64,000 nt of DNA from a virus: positions 6,335 through 70,334 of the IMG/VR virus record IMGVR_UViG_3300046499_000502; one strand, 5' to 3'. Shown piece by piece: positions 34,560-43,296 of the stretch (position 1 is the stretch's first letter; each line of letters begins with the position of its first letter). The notes under the pieces were generated by a model, which was not told the origin of the DNA, searched no databases, and saw nothing but the letters and a program-made list of their open reading frames with translations. A program made the translations under genes and the position numbers.

Positions 34560-34918
34560 GCGTGTGCCTTTCGGGTTGCGGGCCAGGACCAGCCGTGCCG
34601 CGTCCGGTGCTTGCCGTCGTGTTCGGGGGCCCGGTTGCACTTGCGGGGCTTGTACTGGGAGGGCACCAGGTGGGCAGGGCCGCCTATGTCGTCGCACTCG
34701 GGTTCGCCGGGGTTGGCGAAGTGCCTGAACCAGTCCAGGTGCAGGAGTGTTGACGCGTCGTCGCGGTAGCACATGTGGGTGATACAGCTGCCGCAGAACT
34801 CGCACTCGACGCACTCGGCCAACAGCCACGGGTCGACTTGAAGCCCGAAGTAGGCGAGGTAGCTTTTGTTGGCGCACGGGGTGCCGTAGCGGTCCCACGT
34901 CTTCTGATCGTTGGTCAC
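34556..34918 (-). CDS. Cys-rich hypothetical protein
   Basis: Coupled GTG; CNRAPEHDGKH module. Confidence 0.6.
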   Translation of the reverse strand: MTNDQKTWDRYGTPCANKSYLAYFGLQVDPWLLAECVECEFCGSCITHMCYRDDASTLLHLDWFRHFANPGEPECDDIGGPAHLVPSQYKPRKCNRAPEHDGKHRTRHGWSWPATRKAHA

Positions 34919-35394
34919 GGCCGCCACTCCTCGTGGTAGCCGGGCCGGTCCGCGTAGGGCAGGGCGAGCAAGCGCAGTGTGGCGCAGGGCCACGACAGCT
35001 CGGGAAACTGGAGGTCTGGCTCGCAGGAGCGGCACACGGTCGCCGTGGCGTAGTGCTGCGCACCACCTCCAGCACGAAGGGTCGCTCGCCCGTGTAGCTT
35101 CACGAGCTGCCGCTTGGCGTCGATCTCGTGCAGCACCCGCGCTGGGTCATGGCGGGCGATGTGCTCGCCGAGCTTCTGCTCGCTGTCGCGCTTGACACTG
35201 ATCCTCTCCCAGCCGAGCGCCCCATCCCCGCCCACGTTGATCGCCGTCACCTGCTCTTGGGCCGGGGATGCCGCATAGGTGACGTAGCGGGCCCCACGCA
35301 CTTCCCAGTTGCGCTGATCTTCCGGCCAGGGCAGGGCCGCTGCCTCGTCCTCGTTCAGCCGGTCGCACAGAAATTGGATCAGTTCGTCACTCAA
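34915..35394 (-). CDS. DUF6221-like protein
   Basis: HIARHDPARVL.EIDAKR...PC.TLRLLALPYADRPGY.EEWRP. Confidence 0.8.
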   Translation of the reverse strand: MSDELIQFLCDRLNEDEAAALPWPEDQRNWEVRGARYVTYAASPAQEQVTAINVGGDGALGWERISVKRDSEQKLGEHIARHDPARVLHEIDAKRQLVKLHGRATLRAGGGAQHYATATVCRSCEPDLQFPELSWPCATLRLLALPYADRPGYHEEWRP

Positions 35395-35660
35395 CGGGGG
35401 TCCCTTCGGCGGAGGTTGCGAACGGGCACCACGTCGCTGGTGCCATCGGAGCGAACTATCTGGACGTTGCGAGGTCCGAGGCGACCGGTACGGACGAGAG
35501 GGAACGGAGACTCAGGGACTCCGCCGCACTTCCCGTATCGGGTGGTCACCGTGACTGGCTGCCAGTCACGAGGGCCGCGGTTCTCGTAGTAGGTGGAGGG
35601 CTGTGGCTTCGGAGGCCGCTCGGGCTCCGGTATTAGAGCGAGTTGCTCGGCTTCAGGCAT
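35391..35660 (-). CDS. Hypothetical protein
   Basis: First gene of the recombinase operon; GPRNV motif. Confidence 0.65.
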   Translation of the reverse strand: MPEAEQLALIPEPERPPKPQPSTYYENRGPRDWQPVTVTTRYGKCGGVPESPFPLVRTGRLGPRNVQIVRSDGTSDVVPVRNLRRRDPR

Positions 35661-35725
35661 ACCCGATTGTACCGGTTTTTCGCCCGTGATATGGCATGTT
35701 ATCGAGAGTGGTCCATGGTCAACTC

Positions 35726-35754
35726 CTAGCGCATAAGGAAACGTTATGCGCTAG
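35726..35754. other. lox/dif-like site: perfect 11-bp inverted repeat with 7-bp spacer
   Basis: CTAGCGCATAA-GGAAACG-TTATGCGCTAG; degenerate sibling GCCCGTGATAT-GGCATG-TTATCGAGAGT at 35682-35709. Confidence 0.6.
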
Positions 35755-35929
35755 TGCCACGACACCGAGCCCCGCCGTACCGCCACTCCCCGCCCAAGCC
35801 GAGGGCGGGGCGTGTCCGTTGAACGTTCATGTTCCGTTACGGTTTCATCACCGAATCTCCATGGCGCTTACAGTTTCCTCACCTGCCCCGTTACGGTCAT
35901 CCCTCCACGAACCATCCCTGGGGGGACAT

Positions 35930-36553
35930 ATGTCGCAGAATCAGCAGCCGCCAGTCGGGCCTCCGAGCTGGATCCAGGCACCGCCGCCGCCTCCGCTCCC
36001 GCCGCAGCCCACCGGCCGCCCGAAGTGGGCGCGTAAGCGGATCGTCATCCCTGCCGCCGTACTGCTCCTGGGCATTGGCGCCGGCATCGGCGGCTCCGGT
36101 GACGACCAGAAGACGGCCGCCGACGCGAAGCCTGCGCCGCGCGTCACCGTCACCGAAACCGCGAAGAGCAACGCGAAGCCTGCACCCGCCCCGACGGTGA
36201 CCGTGACGAAGACCGCGAAGCCGGCCGCCGTGAAGGCGAAGCCGAAGAAGGCGGCACCGGCCGCCCCCAAGGACAAGGTCGTGTTCAAGGTGTGGGGCAG
36301 CGCCCCGGCCGGCGCGGACATCACCTACGGCAGCGACTCCGACAACCTGCAAGGCCGCGGCCTGCCGATGACGAAGACGCTCCCGTTGAAGGACGACTCG
36401 CTGTACTACAGCGTCACCGCTCAGCTGCAGGGCGGCGGTGACGTCCACTGCTCGGTGACGGTGGACGGCAAGACGAAGACGGGGCACGCGTCGGGCGGAT
36501 ACAACATCTGCTCGGCGCAGCTCAACGGCGGCCTGTTCGGCGACTGGAGCTAA
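35930..36553 (+). CDS. Membrane-anchored surface protein (MmpS-like C-terminal domain)
   Basis: Pro-rich N-terminus, TM helix, PAPTVTVT linker, ITYG...AQLQGGG.V.CSV.VDG...C; opposite strand to late genes. Confidence 0.75.
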   Translation: MSQNQQPPVGPPSWIQAPPPPPLPPQPTGRPKWARKRIVIPAAVLLLGIGAGIGGSGDDQKTAADAKPAPRVTVTETAKSNAKPAPAPTVTVTKTAKPAAVKAKPKKAAPAAPKDKVVFKVWGSAPAGADITYGSDSDNLQGRGLPMTKTLPLKDDSLYYSVTAQLQGGGDVHCSVTVDGKTKTGHASGGYNICSAQLNGGLFGDWS

Positions 36554-36570
36554 GACCCCGGTCACGACGA

Positions 36571-36613
36571 ACCGCCCCCGCCCGCTGCCGGTTGGCAGCA
36601 GTACGGGGGCGGT
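36571..36613. terminator. Bidirectional hairpin ending the late operon
   Basis: ACCGCCCCCG...CGGGGGCGGT. Confidence 0.6.
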
Positions 36614-36622
36614 CTCGCGCCG

Positions 36623-36718
36623 TCACTCGGTCTCGTCGTCGTCGGCCACGGGCCAGGGCGGCGGTTCGAGGAACGGCCGCGGCGACAGCCAGAACGGCGG
36701 CGGGGGTTCGTCTTCCAT
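36623..36718 (-). CDS. Small Pro-rich peptide (MEDEPPPPFWLSPRPFLEP...)
   Basis: GGAG RBS; manual translation. Confidence 0.45.
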   Translation of the reverse strand: MEDEPPPPFWLSPRPFLEPPPWPVADDDETE

Positions 36719-36735
36719 CGGCCGCACTCCAGTTC

Positions 36736-37068
36736 TCACAGCTCGATGGAGTCGAGGTATGGGCGGGCCCGTTCGGGGATGGGGCGAGGTATGGGGGTCT
36801 TCAGTCCGCCGTTGCGGATCGTACTGACGAGGCTCCGCCGATCCACGACGAGCCAGGCGATTGCCGCCCCCTGCCCGGCAATCTGATCCTGCTGCTCTCC
36901 CTGCCGCTTCTCCAGCCGCTCGATGTCCTTGTCCATCCGGGCGGTCACGGTGGTGAAGTCATCACGGCGTTCCTGCGGCCGTGTTCGCTTCGCTGAGCGT
37001 GCGGCCCATGCCGCCAGGCCTCCGGTCGCGACGGTCCCGATCACCGAAGCGATGCTATTGAAGTCCAT
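36736..37068 (-). CDS. Lysis-cassette membrane/coiled-coil protein
   Basis: N-terminal TM then coiled coil. Confidence 0.7.
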   Translation of the reverse strand: MDFNSIASVIGTVATGGLAAWAARSAKRTRPQERRDDFTTVTARMDKDIERLEKRQGEQQDQIAGQGAAIAWLVVDRRSLVSTIRNGGLKTPIPRPIPERARPYLDSIEL

Positions 37069-37492
37069 ACGGAGGCTCTTCTCTCTTGGGCCTCGGGGGT
37101 TCCGCCCATCCGGCCACCACCATGATCCCGACCGCGAGCCCGCCATACAGCGCGCTCGCGATCCACCCTCTAGGGAAGCCGCCCTGCCACCAGGCGACGA
37201 GGTAGGAGAAGATCCACGGCGTCACGATCAGCGACAGGGCGAGGAACCCGAAACGGTCGCTGCCCTGCGGCAGGAACGCGGACACGATCGCCACCGCCCC
37301 GGCTGTGATCCACAGCCAGCCCCACACCACCAGCGGCACCCGGTCCAGCAGCAGATGCAGGCCGCGCTGGTCCGGCTGCGGGGAGGAGATTTGGCCGTAG
37401 CCGATCAGCCCCCACACCGTGCCAAATGCCAGCAGGAACGCGCCGCGACGGCCGAGCAGCACGCTCAGCCGCCGGCAGATGCGGCGCGGCAC
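37055..37492 (-). CDS. Lysis-cassette four-TM membrane protein
   Basis: GRRGAFLL...WGWLW...GW; multiple TM helices. Confidence 0.75.
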   Translation of the reverse strand: MPRRICRRLSVLLGRRGAFLLAFGTVWGLIGYGQISSPQPDQRGLHLLLDRVPLVVWGWLWITAGAVAIVSAFLPQGSDRFGFLALSLIVTPWIFSYLVAWWQGGFPRGWIASALYGGLAVGIMVVAGWAEPPRPKREEPPYGLQ

Positions 37493-37873
37493 CTACACGC
37501 CTCGGGGTGCGGACTTGACCGGGCTGGACAGCTCCAGCGGCACCGACAGAACCGGGGCGGTGACCGCGGGGCGTTCGATCACGGCCAGCACCGCGGCAAC
37601 CAGAGACATCCATCCCGCCTGCTGCTGCGCCGACATGTCCAGGCCGAAGCCCGCGAAGAGGGCGAGGGCTGCCTGGGAGAACTGGAGGATGGCGGCGTAG
37701 ACGGCGCCGTTCTTCAGGATGATCGCGGAGGCGACGGCGACAGCGCAGGCGAGTGCGGTGTTGATGAGGGTCTGCTGGTCGTCGCTGACGTTGAGCCCGT
37801 AGGCGGCGCCGAGCTTGAGGATGATGGCGACCGCCGCGAGGATCGCGACCGGTTCTCTGCCGAATATCTTCAT
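37493..37873 (-). CDS. Holin
   Basis: MKIFGREP start, about 4 TM helices, directly after the endolysin. Confidence 0.8.
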   Translation of the reverse strand: MKIFGREPVAILAAVAIILKLGAAYGLNVSDDQQTLINTALACAVAVASAIILKNGAVYAAILQFSQAALALFAGFGLDMSAQQQAGWMSLVAAVLAVIERPAVTAPVLSVPLELSSPVKSAPRGV

Positions 37874-37894
37874 GAGGTTCTCGTTTCTTCCAGG

Positions 37895-38782
37895 TCAGTC
37901 GGTGACGGTGAAGCCGTGCCGTGCGGCGAGCTTCGAGAGGGAGGTCTTGCCGGGGATGCCGTCGGCGGCGCTGCCGGTGTAGCCGAGGCGCTTCTGCCAG
38001 GCCTTGTAGGCGGCGGCAGTGAGCGTGCCGAAGGAGCCGTCGACGTATCCGGCCGCGATGAGCCCCTCCGCCTGCAACGCCTTTTCGACGAGCAGGACTT
38101 CGGCCTTGTGGCTGGTGTGGCCCTGCGCGGCGGCGGGGTCGTGCTTCGCCGCGTACACGACGTGCGCGAGGGAGACCTTCGGTTTCGCCGGGGCTGGCGG
38201 CTTCGGCGGAGTGACTGGGGTGGTCCCGAACAGGTTCGGCATCGGCCCGGGGTCGACGTGGCTGTTGCCGGGGATCTGGTTGTGGCCGTAGTGCCCGCCG
38301 AGCTTCAGCCAGCTGTCCAAGCTCACGGTGTCGCGGACGAACCCGGTCGGCGAGCCGCCCGGCCAGGTGTCGGCGATGCCGAGGCTGCGCAGCCACGTCG
38401 TGATCTGGTCGAGGCTCTTGCAGGGCGTGTCCCGGACGGAGTTGTACTTCTTGCCGCCGACGGTCTCGCCCTCGGTGAAGACGATCTCGATCTGCACGCA
38501 GTAGGCGCCAGTCCGGTTCGTGCGAACGTCGCCCGCGTTCTGCAGCGAGAGGCTGCGACTGTCCGCGGGAAAGAACTGCGCGATCTCCCCAGTGAACGGG
38601 TCCCACAGCAGGTGGGGTGCGACGTCGGCGCCGCCACCGGTGAACCAGCCCAGCTCTCGGGTGAACGTCCAGTCGGTGGCGTTGCTGGTGATGTGCCAGA
38701 CGGCCCGCGCGGGGCCACCGTTCATCGCGCCGGTGTTTCCGACAGCATGCCGGGCCGCACCGGGTATCCACAGGTCGACCAT
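37895..38782 (-). CDS. Endolysin (amidase_2-type + peptidoglycan-binding domain)
   Basis: AVWHIT, QIEI, GHNQIPGNSHVDPG; DGSFG..T..AYKAWQK.LG...ADGIPG. Confidence 0.9.
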   Translation of the reverse strand: MVDLWIPGAARHAVGNTGAMNGGPARAVWHITSNATDWTFTRELGWFTGGGADVAPHLLWDPFTGEIAQFFPADSRSLSLQNAGDVRTNRTGAYCVQIEIVFTEGETVGGKKYNSVRDTPCKSLDQITTWLRSLGIADTWPGGSPTGFVRDTVSLDSWLKLGGHYGHNQIPGNSHVDPGPMPNLFGTTPVTPPKPPAPAKPKVSLAHVVYAAKHDPAAAQGHTSHKAEVLLVEKALQAEGLIAAGYVDGSFGTLTAAAYKAWQKRLGYTGSAADGIPGKTSLSKLAARHGFTVTD

Positions 38783-38784
38783 GG

Positions 38785-39678
38785 TCAGGCTCCCGTCACG
38801 TGGTTGTCGTGCGCCCACGCCGTCATCAGATCCAGCGCCTGAACCAGGCGAGGATCAACTGGAGCAGGGGTGGGCGACGGAGGAGGGGTCGGCACCGGTG
38901 TTGGCTGCGGGGCCGGGATGGGGTTCTTCTGGCCTGTCAGTGCCGCGAACTGATCCCCGAGGGCGTAGAAGGACGGGGCGCCGGTGAAGTAGGCGGCGGC
39001 CTTGTTCAGGCCGTCCTGGTCGAGGACGACCCACGCCTCGTCGACGTACTTCTTCCAGAACGCTTCAGTCATCGACGTCTCGGCGCCCCAGGTGATGAGG
39101 CCGAGCTTGCCGCCGCCGTAGGCGCCGACGATGACGCAGTGGCCGCCTTCGACCTTGGCGCCGCGGACGACGTCCCAGGGCTTGCCCTCGTCGAACTGGT
39201 CCATCGCCGTGCTGGGGAAGTTGAGGCCGACGTAGACGGTGCCGAACAGGGCGATGGCCTGCTTGATCTCGGTGAGGTTCGAGACGTCGAGCGACGCATA
39301 GGCCGTGATCTTGTGGCCTTCGAGTCCGGTCTTCCGCCAGTAGGCGAGGACGTCCTGGCAGTAGGCGCCGGTGTCCGAGTCGGGCCGCGCCGGGTCGTAG
39401 CCGGTGATCGCCGAGTACATGCCGAGCACCGACGGCTCTGCGGGCTCCACCTCGGCGCCCGTGCCGTAGTAGGTGAGCTGGTTGACGAGGTGGCCGACGC
39501 CCGCGCACGTGCAGTCTCCGACCTCGTCGTTCGCGTACATCGGCCAGACGATCCGGTCGTCTTGCCAGTCGACGGCCGCGGGCGGTGCGGCAAGCCGCTC
39601 GCCGAGGACCGCGGACAGCTTCAGCTGCGGCCTGGCGGGCTGGGCGGGTAGCTTCCCGCCGCGAAACCTGATGGTCAA
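38785..39678 (-). CDS. Papain-like (C1-type) cysteine hydrolase
   Basis: VDW...ND.VGDCTCAG (Cys), GGHCVIVGAY (His), ITWG, DEAW. Confidence 0.7.
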   Translation of the reverse strand: MTIRFRGGKLPAQPARPQLKLSAVLGERLAAPPAAVDWQDDRIVWPMYANDEVGDCTCAGVGHLVNQLTYYGTGAEVEPAEPSVLGMYSAITGYDPARPDSDTGAYCQDVLAYWRKTGLEGHKITAYASLDVSNLTEIKQAIALFGTVYVGLNFPSTAMDQFDEGKPWDVVRGAKVEGGHCVIVGAYGGGKLGLITWGAETSMTEAFWKKYVDEAWVVLDQDGLNKAAAYFTGAPSFYALGDQFAALTGQKNPIPAPQPTPVPTPPPSPTPAPVDPRLVQALDLMTAWAHDNHVTGA

Positions 39679-39739
39679 CGTGCCCTCCAGGGCATGAAAA
39701 AAGGCCCGGACGGGCCTCGGGGTCAGGATGCTGCTGGCG

Positions 39740-40210
39740 TCACCAGGGGTGGATGCAGAGCTTGAACTGCGCGTACAGGATCTTGCGGGCGACCTTGTCG
39801 TTGTGCCGGACTGTCACCCCGAGCGGCACCCCCGGGTGCACGCCGATCTCGTGGTGCTTGGTGAAGAACTGGTAGCCGCCTGACGGGACGCGGTCGTCTC
39901 GCGCGGTGTCGTTCATGGGGTCGGCGGTGAAACCGAGCGGGTCCCGCATGAACTGGTCCCGCAGCTCCGTGTAGCCGCCCGCCTCCCACTGGAATTCGGC
40001 GGTCAAGTGTCCCCAGCCCTCGCACGACGGCCAGATCAGGCCCGTCCTGGGGTCACTGCTGGTGGCGACGACCCCGTCGGGCTGGGACGGCTCATGCATG
40101 CCCCACTTGTCGATCTGGTCCTGGTCGAACGGGAATGTAAGCAGGGTGTCGACGTTGGGCTGGATCACCTGATCCGGCGTCGCGGACAGGGAGCACACGT
40201 AGACGGTCAC
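39740..40210 (-). CDS. Hypothetical (tail-associated) protein
   Basis: GTG with GGAGG RBS; end of tail operon. Confidence 0.7.
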   Translation of the reverse strand: MTVYVCSLSATPDQVIQPNVDTLLTFPFDQDQIDKWGMHEPSQPDGVVATSSDPRTGLIWPSCEGWGHLTAEFQWEAGGYTELRDQFMRDPLGFTADPMNDTARDDRVPSGGYQFFTKHHEIGVHPGVPLGVTVRHNDKVARKILYAQFKLCIHPW

Positions 40211-40211
40211 G

Positions 40212-40613
40212 TCAGCCTCCGGTGGTCTCGTCGAGTAGGGAGCCGCCGACGGTGAGGCGGATGAATCCGAGCGCCTGCCGGGTGAGTTCGGCGACTTGGG
40301 CAATCGCGTCATCGGTGGTGGCGGTGCCTGCCGTGACGGTGTCGAGGTAGGTCTGGTTGGTGGCGAGGTCTGCGCAGGCCTGTTCCAGCAGCGCAGCCTG
40401 GGTGACGCGGCGCGCTTTGTCGGCGATGGCCTGGTCGGCGGACGTGTTCTCCGCGTCGGTGAACGGCCGTTCTTCGGCGAGGGTGCCGGATTCGTAGCGG
40501 CGGTAGGTGCGGGATGGCACGTCCCACTGCGCAACGACCGACGAGTCCCGTACTTCGGTCGTGTACGGCGGTGCGGGCCCGGGATCCTGGCTGTCAGGAG
40601 GCGGCGTAGTCAC
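40212..40613 (-). CDS. Tail-associated hypothetical protein
   Basis: ERPFTDAEN motif; follows the Gly-rich fibre gene. Confidence 0.7.
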   Translation of the reverse strand: MTTPPPDSQDPGPAPPYTTEVRDSSVVAQWDVPSRTYRRYESGTLAEERPFTDAENTSADQAIADKARRVTQAALLEQACADLATNQTYLDTVTAGTATTDDAIAQVAELTRQALGFIRLTVGGSLLDETTGG

Positions 40614-40624
40614 GTCTGCTGCGC

Positions 40625-41395
40625 TCAGAAGTGGCAGGTGACGATGACAATTCCGGCGCCCCCGTTGCCGCCCGCCTGGGCTGCTGCGGTAGATCCGCTC
40701 GTGCCCCCCAGGGCTCCACCGCCGCCTCCGCCGAAACGGTTGCCGGTGTCGGCGGCGGTGCCCGCGCCGGCCACGGTGGTCCCGGACGGGCCACGGCGCT
40801 GGTTGCCCATGAATCCGATGCCGCCGTAGGCCTGTGCGGTCGGTGTGCCGGTGATGACGATGCCGTTTCCGCCGTCGCCGCCAGCGACCTGAATGTCTCC
40901 GGCCGAGCCCACCCCGGCGGCGCCGCCTGTGGCGCTGTTGCTGCCGCTCGTGGCGGTCCCGGGCGAGCCGCCCGATCCGCCACCTGCGACCACGAGGGAG
41001 CCGAACGAGGAAGCGCTACCCGTCGAACCGGTATTGGCGCCTGCCGTTGCTCCGGCTCCTCCGGCGCCGACGGTGACCGAGACGGTTGCGCCGAGGCTGG
41101 ACGCCGCAATGATGGATTCGGCGTAGCCGCCGCCTCCGCCACCGCCCGCCACGGACGCCTGGCCGGAGGGCGTGGACGGGGTTCCGCCCCCGCCGCCGCC
41201 GCCGCCCTGCACCTGGACGCGCACCCACTTCGCGCTGGCCGGCTTGGTCCACGACCCGCTGGATGTGAACACCTGCCGGGCTGGCATGTTCAGTTGCGGG
41301 TCCACGTTCTGGGCCAGCGTCTGCATGTGCTCCCAGATCCGCGCGTGGTCCGAACTTTCGGGATACGTGATCCCGTTCGGGGTCTGCTGGGTCAT
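40625..41395 (-). CDS. Glycine-rich minor tail/fibre protein
   Basis: TPNGITYP; FTSSGSWTKP...VQGGGGGGG...GGAGIVIV. Confidence 0.85.
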   Translation of the reverse strand: MTQQTPNGITYPESSDHARIWEHMQTLAQNVDPQLNMPARQVFTSSGSWTKPASAKWVRVQVQGGGGGGGGTPSTPSGQASVAGGGGGGGYAESIIAASSLGATVSVTVGAGGAGATAGANTGSTGSASSFGSLVVAGGGSGGSPGTATSGSNSATGGAAGVGSAGDIQVAGGDGGNGIVITGTPTAQAYGGIGFMGNQRRGPSGTTVAGAGTAADTGNRFGGGGGGALGGTSGSTAAAQAGGNGGAGIVIVTCHF

Positions 41396-42213
41396 GAACT
41401 CCGCCTCCAATAAAGCGTCAAACTCCAGGCGGCGGACCAGGAGCCGCGTCCTGCGAGACGGATGTAGGGGTCGTCGGCGCTGACCGTGATGCAGAGTCCG
41501 CCGCGGGTGCCGTCGACCATGGCCTGCCCCCACGATGTGGGCAGGGCGAAGGTCGCCTCGGAGGGGCTGACGTGGCCCTGCACGCCGAGCGCGGGACCGC
41601 TCGTCGATTCGTTGAGTGTCGGGAAACTGCCCGGTCGGGTGGACTCCGACACCAGTCGCAGTGTCGCCGAGCGTCTCCCGTAGTCGCCCGAGGTCAGACG
41701 CCTCAGCTTTACGGTGGCCTTTGTGACGGTGGCACCCGAGATGGAGCGAGGCTTGGAGCCGTAGAACGCGAACCCGGAGTTCCTGCCGAACCCGGAGCCG
41801 CCGTAGCGGCCCTGGTAGGTGTCCGCGTTGGTGGAGCTCCCCGTGTCGGTGCGCCAGTGTCCGTCACGCCACGTCGATGTCGCGGCTGGCGAGCACACGA
41901 GGCTGCCGGTGGTGATGGTCGGCTTGGGCGCGGGCGCCGGATCGTTGGTGTCGATGGTGTTGTCGGGCGGCGGCGGTGCCGGTGGCACGGCGGGCGCCGA
42001 GGTCAGGGTCTGGATGGCCCAGTAGGTGGAACCTTTCCGGAGAATCAGCAGAGCCTGCTTGGCTGTGACTGTGAGGCCCGGTGGCACGCGGACGGTGACC
42101 TGGATACCGCCCACGTTCGCGAGGCAGGCCCCGCTTGCGGAGGCGGTCAGCGCCGTCCCGTATACGGTTCCCTCTCCAGCGAGCGAAACCCGGGTGTCTG
42201 CGAAGTCGGCCAT
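41392..42213 (-). CDS. Minor tail protein
   Basis: Position; YQG...G.AFYG domain. Confidence 0.75.
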   Translation of the reverse strand: MADFADTRVSLAGEGTVYGTALTASASGACLANVGGIQVTVRVPPGLTVTAKQALLILRKGSTYWAIQTLTSAPAVPPAPPPPDNTIDTNDPAPAPKPTITTGSLVCSPAATSTWRDGHWRTDTGSSTNADTYQGRYGGSGFGRNSGFAFYGSKPRSISGATVTKATVKLRRLTSGDYGRRSATLRLVSESTRPGSFPTLNESTSGPALGVQGHVSPSEATFALPTSWGQAMVDGTRGGLCITVSADDPYIRLAGRGSWSAAWSLTLYWRRSS

Positions 42214-43293
42214 CTACAGCACCCTCACCGTGAGATTCATTTCGCTTGGCGAGTACGGCAGTGTCAGCGTCTCTATGGCGCAGGGCGCGTTCGTCAGGCC
42301 GGCGCCGGTGGCGGAGATGATGTCGCCTGCCATCAGGCCAGGGTGCGGGACCATGGTCACGGCCAGGCGTCGAGACGTGGTCCGCCGCAGTTGTAGGAGT
42401 TTGGCTGCGGCACCCTTGCGGCATTGGTCGACGGTCGTCATCAGTGGGGAGCTGTACGTGTACGGGACCGCGAGCGGGTTGAAGGGGCCTCCGAACATGA
42501 ACGGTGAGGCGCTGTTCCTGTCGTAGGCGACGCCCTGGAGCTGGTTGCCAGACGCGTCCTCGCCTTGCGCGACGACGCAGTTGAAGGCGCCGTCGCGGCT
42601 GCTGGAGCCCTGCCAGTGCATGACGGTGCCGCCGTGGCCGTCGGTCAGGGACAGCACTGGTGTGCCGTCGTCGCTGACCGGCTCGACGAGTAGAACGCCG
42701 TCCTCGGTGACGTAGGCGTCGGCGGCCCACGCGTCGAGTACCTCGGTGAGGCCGCCGAGCCGATCGCTGTCCCACTGCATGCCGACCGGCACCGACCGGT
42801 CGACGAGCGTGCCGTCGAAATTCACGGTCAGCGCGGGCTCGACCAGCGAGCGGATTGTCGATGCGAGCGTGCCCGACGGCTGGAAGGGCGCCACGAATTT
42901 AGCCTCGTCGACCCAGGTGAGCAGGCCCTGCGCTGTGACGGTGACGGTGGTGTCGTCGGAGCTGGTCTCGGTGATCAGGAACCATCCGCGGTCGATCCAC
43001 TCGAAGTCGCCTCCGCCGATGTCGACGCCATAGGAGATGTGGAGTTGCTGTCCGTAGGCGGCGAGCGGGTGGTCGGGGTCGGCGCCGGGATCCCACGTGT
43101 AGCCGCGATCGCGTCGGGGCACGGTCAGGCTGATGCGCTCCGGGACGGCGAGGGACCGGTCGCGGTCCTCGCTGCCGTCGGCGACGGGGATGTCCGCGGC
43201 GAGGAGGTCGCCGTCGCGCCAGGATTCGGCGCGCACGGACATGGTGAAGCTGCGCTGGACGACGCTCAGCGCCACGTCGGACATGTCCAGCAT
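42214..43293 (-). CDS. Minor tail / baseplate hub-like protein (DUF5047-like)
   Basis: V.DGS...DRS...PLAAYG...FNCVVAQGE...FG. Confidence 0.8.
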   Translation of the reverse strand: MLDMSDVALSVVQRSFTMSVRAESWRDGDLLAADIPVADGSEDRDRSLAVPERISLTVPRRDRGYTWDPGADPDHPLAAYGQQLHISYGVDIGGGDFEWIDRGWFLITETSSDDTTVTVTAQGLLTWVDEAKFVAPFQPSGTLASTIRSLVEPALTVNFDGTLVDRSVPVGMQWDSDRLGGLTEVLDAWAADAYVTEDGVLLVEPVSDDGTPVLSLTDGHGGTVMHWQGSSSRDGAFNCVVAQGEDASGNQLQGVAYDRNSASPFMFGGPFNPLAVPYTYSSPLMTTVDQCRKGAAAKLLQLRRTTSRRLAVTMVPHPGLMAGDIISATGAGLTNAPCAIETLTLPYSPSEMNLTVRVL

Positions 43294-43296
43294 GGG

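Noticed and set aside
40625-41395. GCC/GGC runs as a possible microsatellite or DGR target
   Set aside because: They encode a Gly-rich tail domain; no reverse transcriptase or template/variable repeat pair seen
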